This document shows positions 46,715-47,727 of a DNA stretch of 47,727 bases, piece after piece. The position numbers were made by a program, and so were the translations under genes. The notes under the pieces are model-generated. The model was not told the origin of the DNA. It ran no database searches and worked only from the letters and a program-made list of their open reading frames with translations. The DNA is from Phoronis australis (lineage: Eukaryota > Animalia > Phoronida). Where the stretch lies: positions 1-47,727 of the forward strand of contig NMRA01001153.1 in NCBI GenBank assembly GCA_002633005.1. The letters run 5' to 3'. How positions within the stretch are numbered: position 1 is the stretch's first letter; the number at the start of each line of letters is the position of its first letter.

Positions 46715-47727
46715 ACACACCCAGAGAAGGCATCTACATGAAGAATTCTCATCTCAATTTTACCAAGTCAGGACGACAACTTCATCACCTTTTGAGCCAA
46801 GTTTGACGAGCCAGTGGAATTTTTCAACAGCTCCTCTTGGAGTCATTTTAATAACTCATTAATGGAAGCTCTTCCTTGATTTAGGGATTAAGGCACAGGA
46901 AAAAATGTTAAATTTACTATCCTCATTGAACTAAGAATTTTCAAATAGCACCATGAAATAAGTTGAGACCAATTTAATAGTAATTACCCACAATGGTATT
47001 TAGATTCTTTACAGTGTCATAAGTTTAATCATTGACTATGGTAATTGGAAAATACATTATTATATTTTTCAAAAATAATTTTATTTAATCATTTTTTGTT
47101 CACAAATCACTCAACATTACCTGTGCTACTGCAGACATGGAATTACAAATGATTTACAAATAGTTTCAACCCCAACCACAATGCATGCTCCCCTGCTATT
47201 AAATATCGGGCAAAACTCCCGACGGTCTCATTGGTCAATGTTTGCGATGCCATCGGTCAAATAATCAAACATTTGCCATTCACCCAACACACTTTAAAGG
47301 ATTTGTTTAATTAACGTCTGTACAAACTTAATTACCAATAAACATGCAGGTCTGGAAGGCATGAGATGCGGTATTGATAAAAAATAACGAAAAAAGAAAA
47401 AACAAAGAACATTCATGTTAACTTTTTGTTATACATTGTACATAATTCCACAAACTAAAAATTATTCTTTATGACAATAAATGTAGGGGTGCTATATAAG
47501 TCTGAGCCAAGAACCATTTTCTTCTGATGGATTACATTATAAAAAGGCAATCCCACTTTTCAGATTTCACACTCATGTTCAACGTTCAACATTCAGTTGC
47601 AAATCACACTTCACAAGTATGAAAAACACTTTCACATCAACATAATAAGGGAAAAAATCATGTCATGCTTCATAGAAGAAAAAATCTTTCATCTCTCTGA
47701 AAACAATTTCAAAAGGCCGCATTATTC

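Overview
Eukaryotic (animal, probably marine invertebrate) genomic DNA: AT-rich, intron-rich and dense in DNA transposons, with no prokaryotic operons or CRISPR array. Spliced genes were reconstructed by hand from splice sites and codon phase. (1) A minus-strand protein kinase gene (core exons 12022-13031, 10899-11419, 3627-3912) with frameshifts and an atypical LND-x-H catalytic loop, probably a pseudogene. (2) A complete plus-strand PHF24/GINIP-like gene (7 coding exons, 394 aa; myristoylation motif, PHD finger, EF-hands). (3) Two tandem minus-strand TMEM218 copies encoding identical 116-aa proteins either side of an N gap, probably uncollapsed haplotypes. (4) The last two exons of a rho-like glutathione S-transferase whose 5' exons I could not find. 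Mobile DNA: a 4.7-kb EnSpm/CMC-like element in the kinase intron; a decayed 4.7-kb ISL2EU-like element (SAP/YqaJ and THAP remnants); an internally deleted Kolobok element (THAP plus KolX-like ORF); Tc1/mariner, Harbinger and Kolobok MITEs; a set of CA...TG MITEs that all have 5-bp target duplications; and a Helentron/HINE-like satellite array carrying CTCF-consensus motifs. All family assignments come from motif recognition, not database searches.
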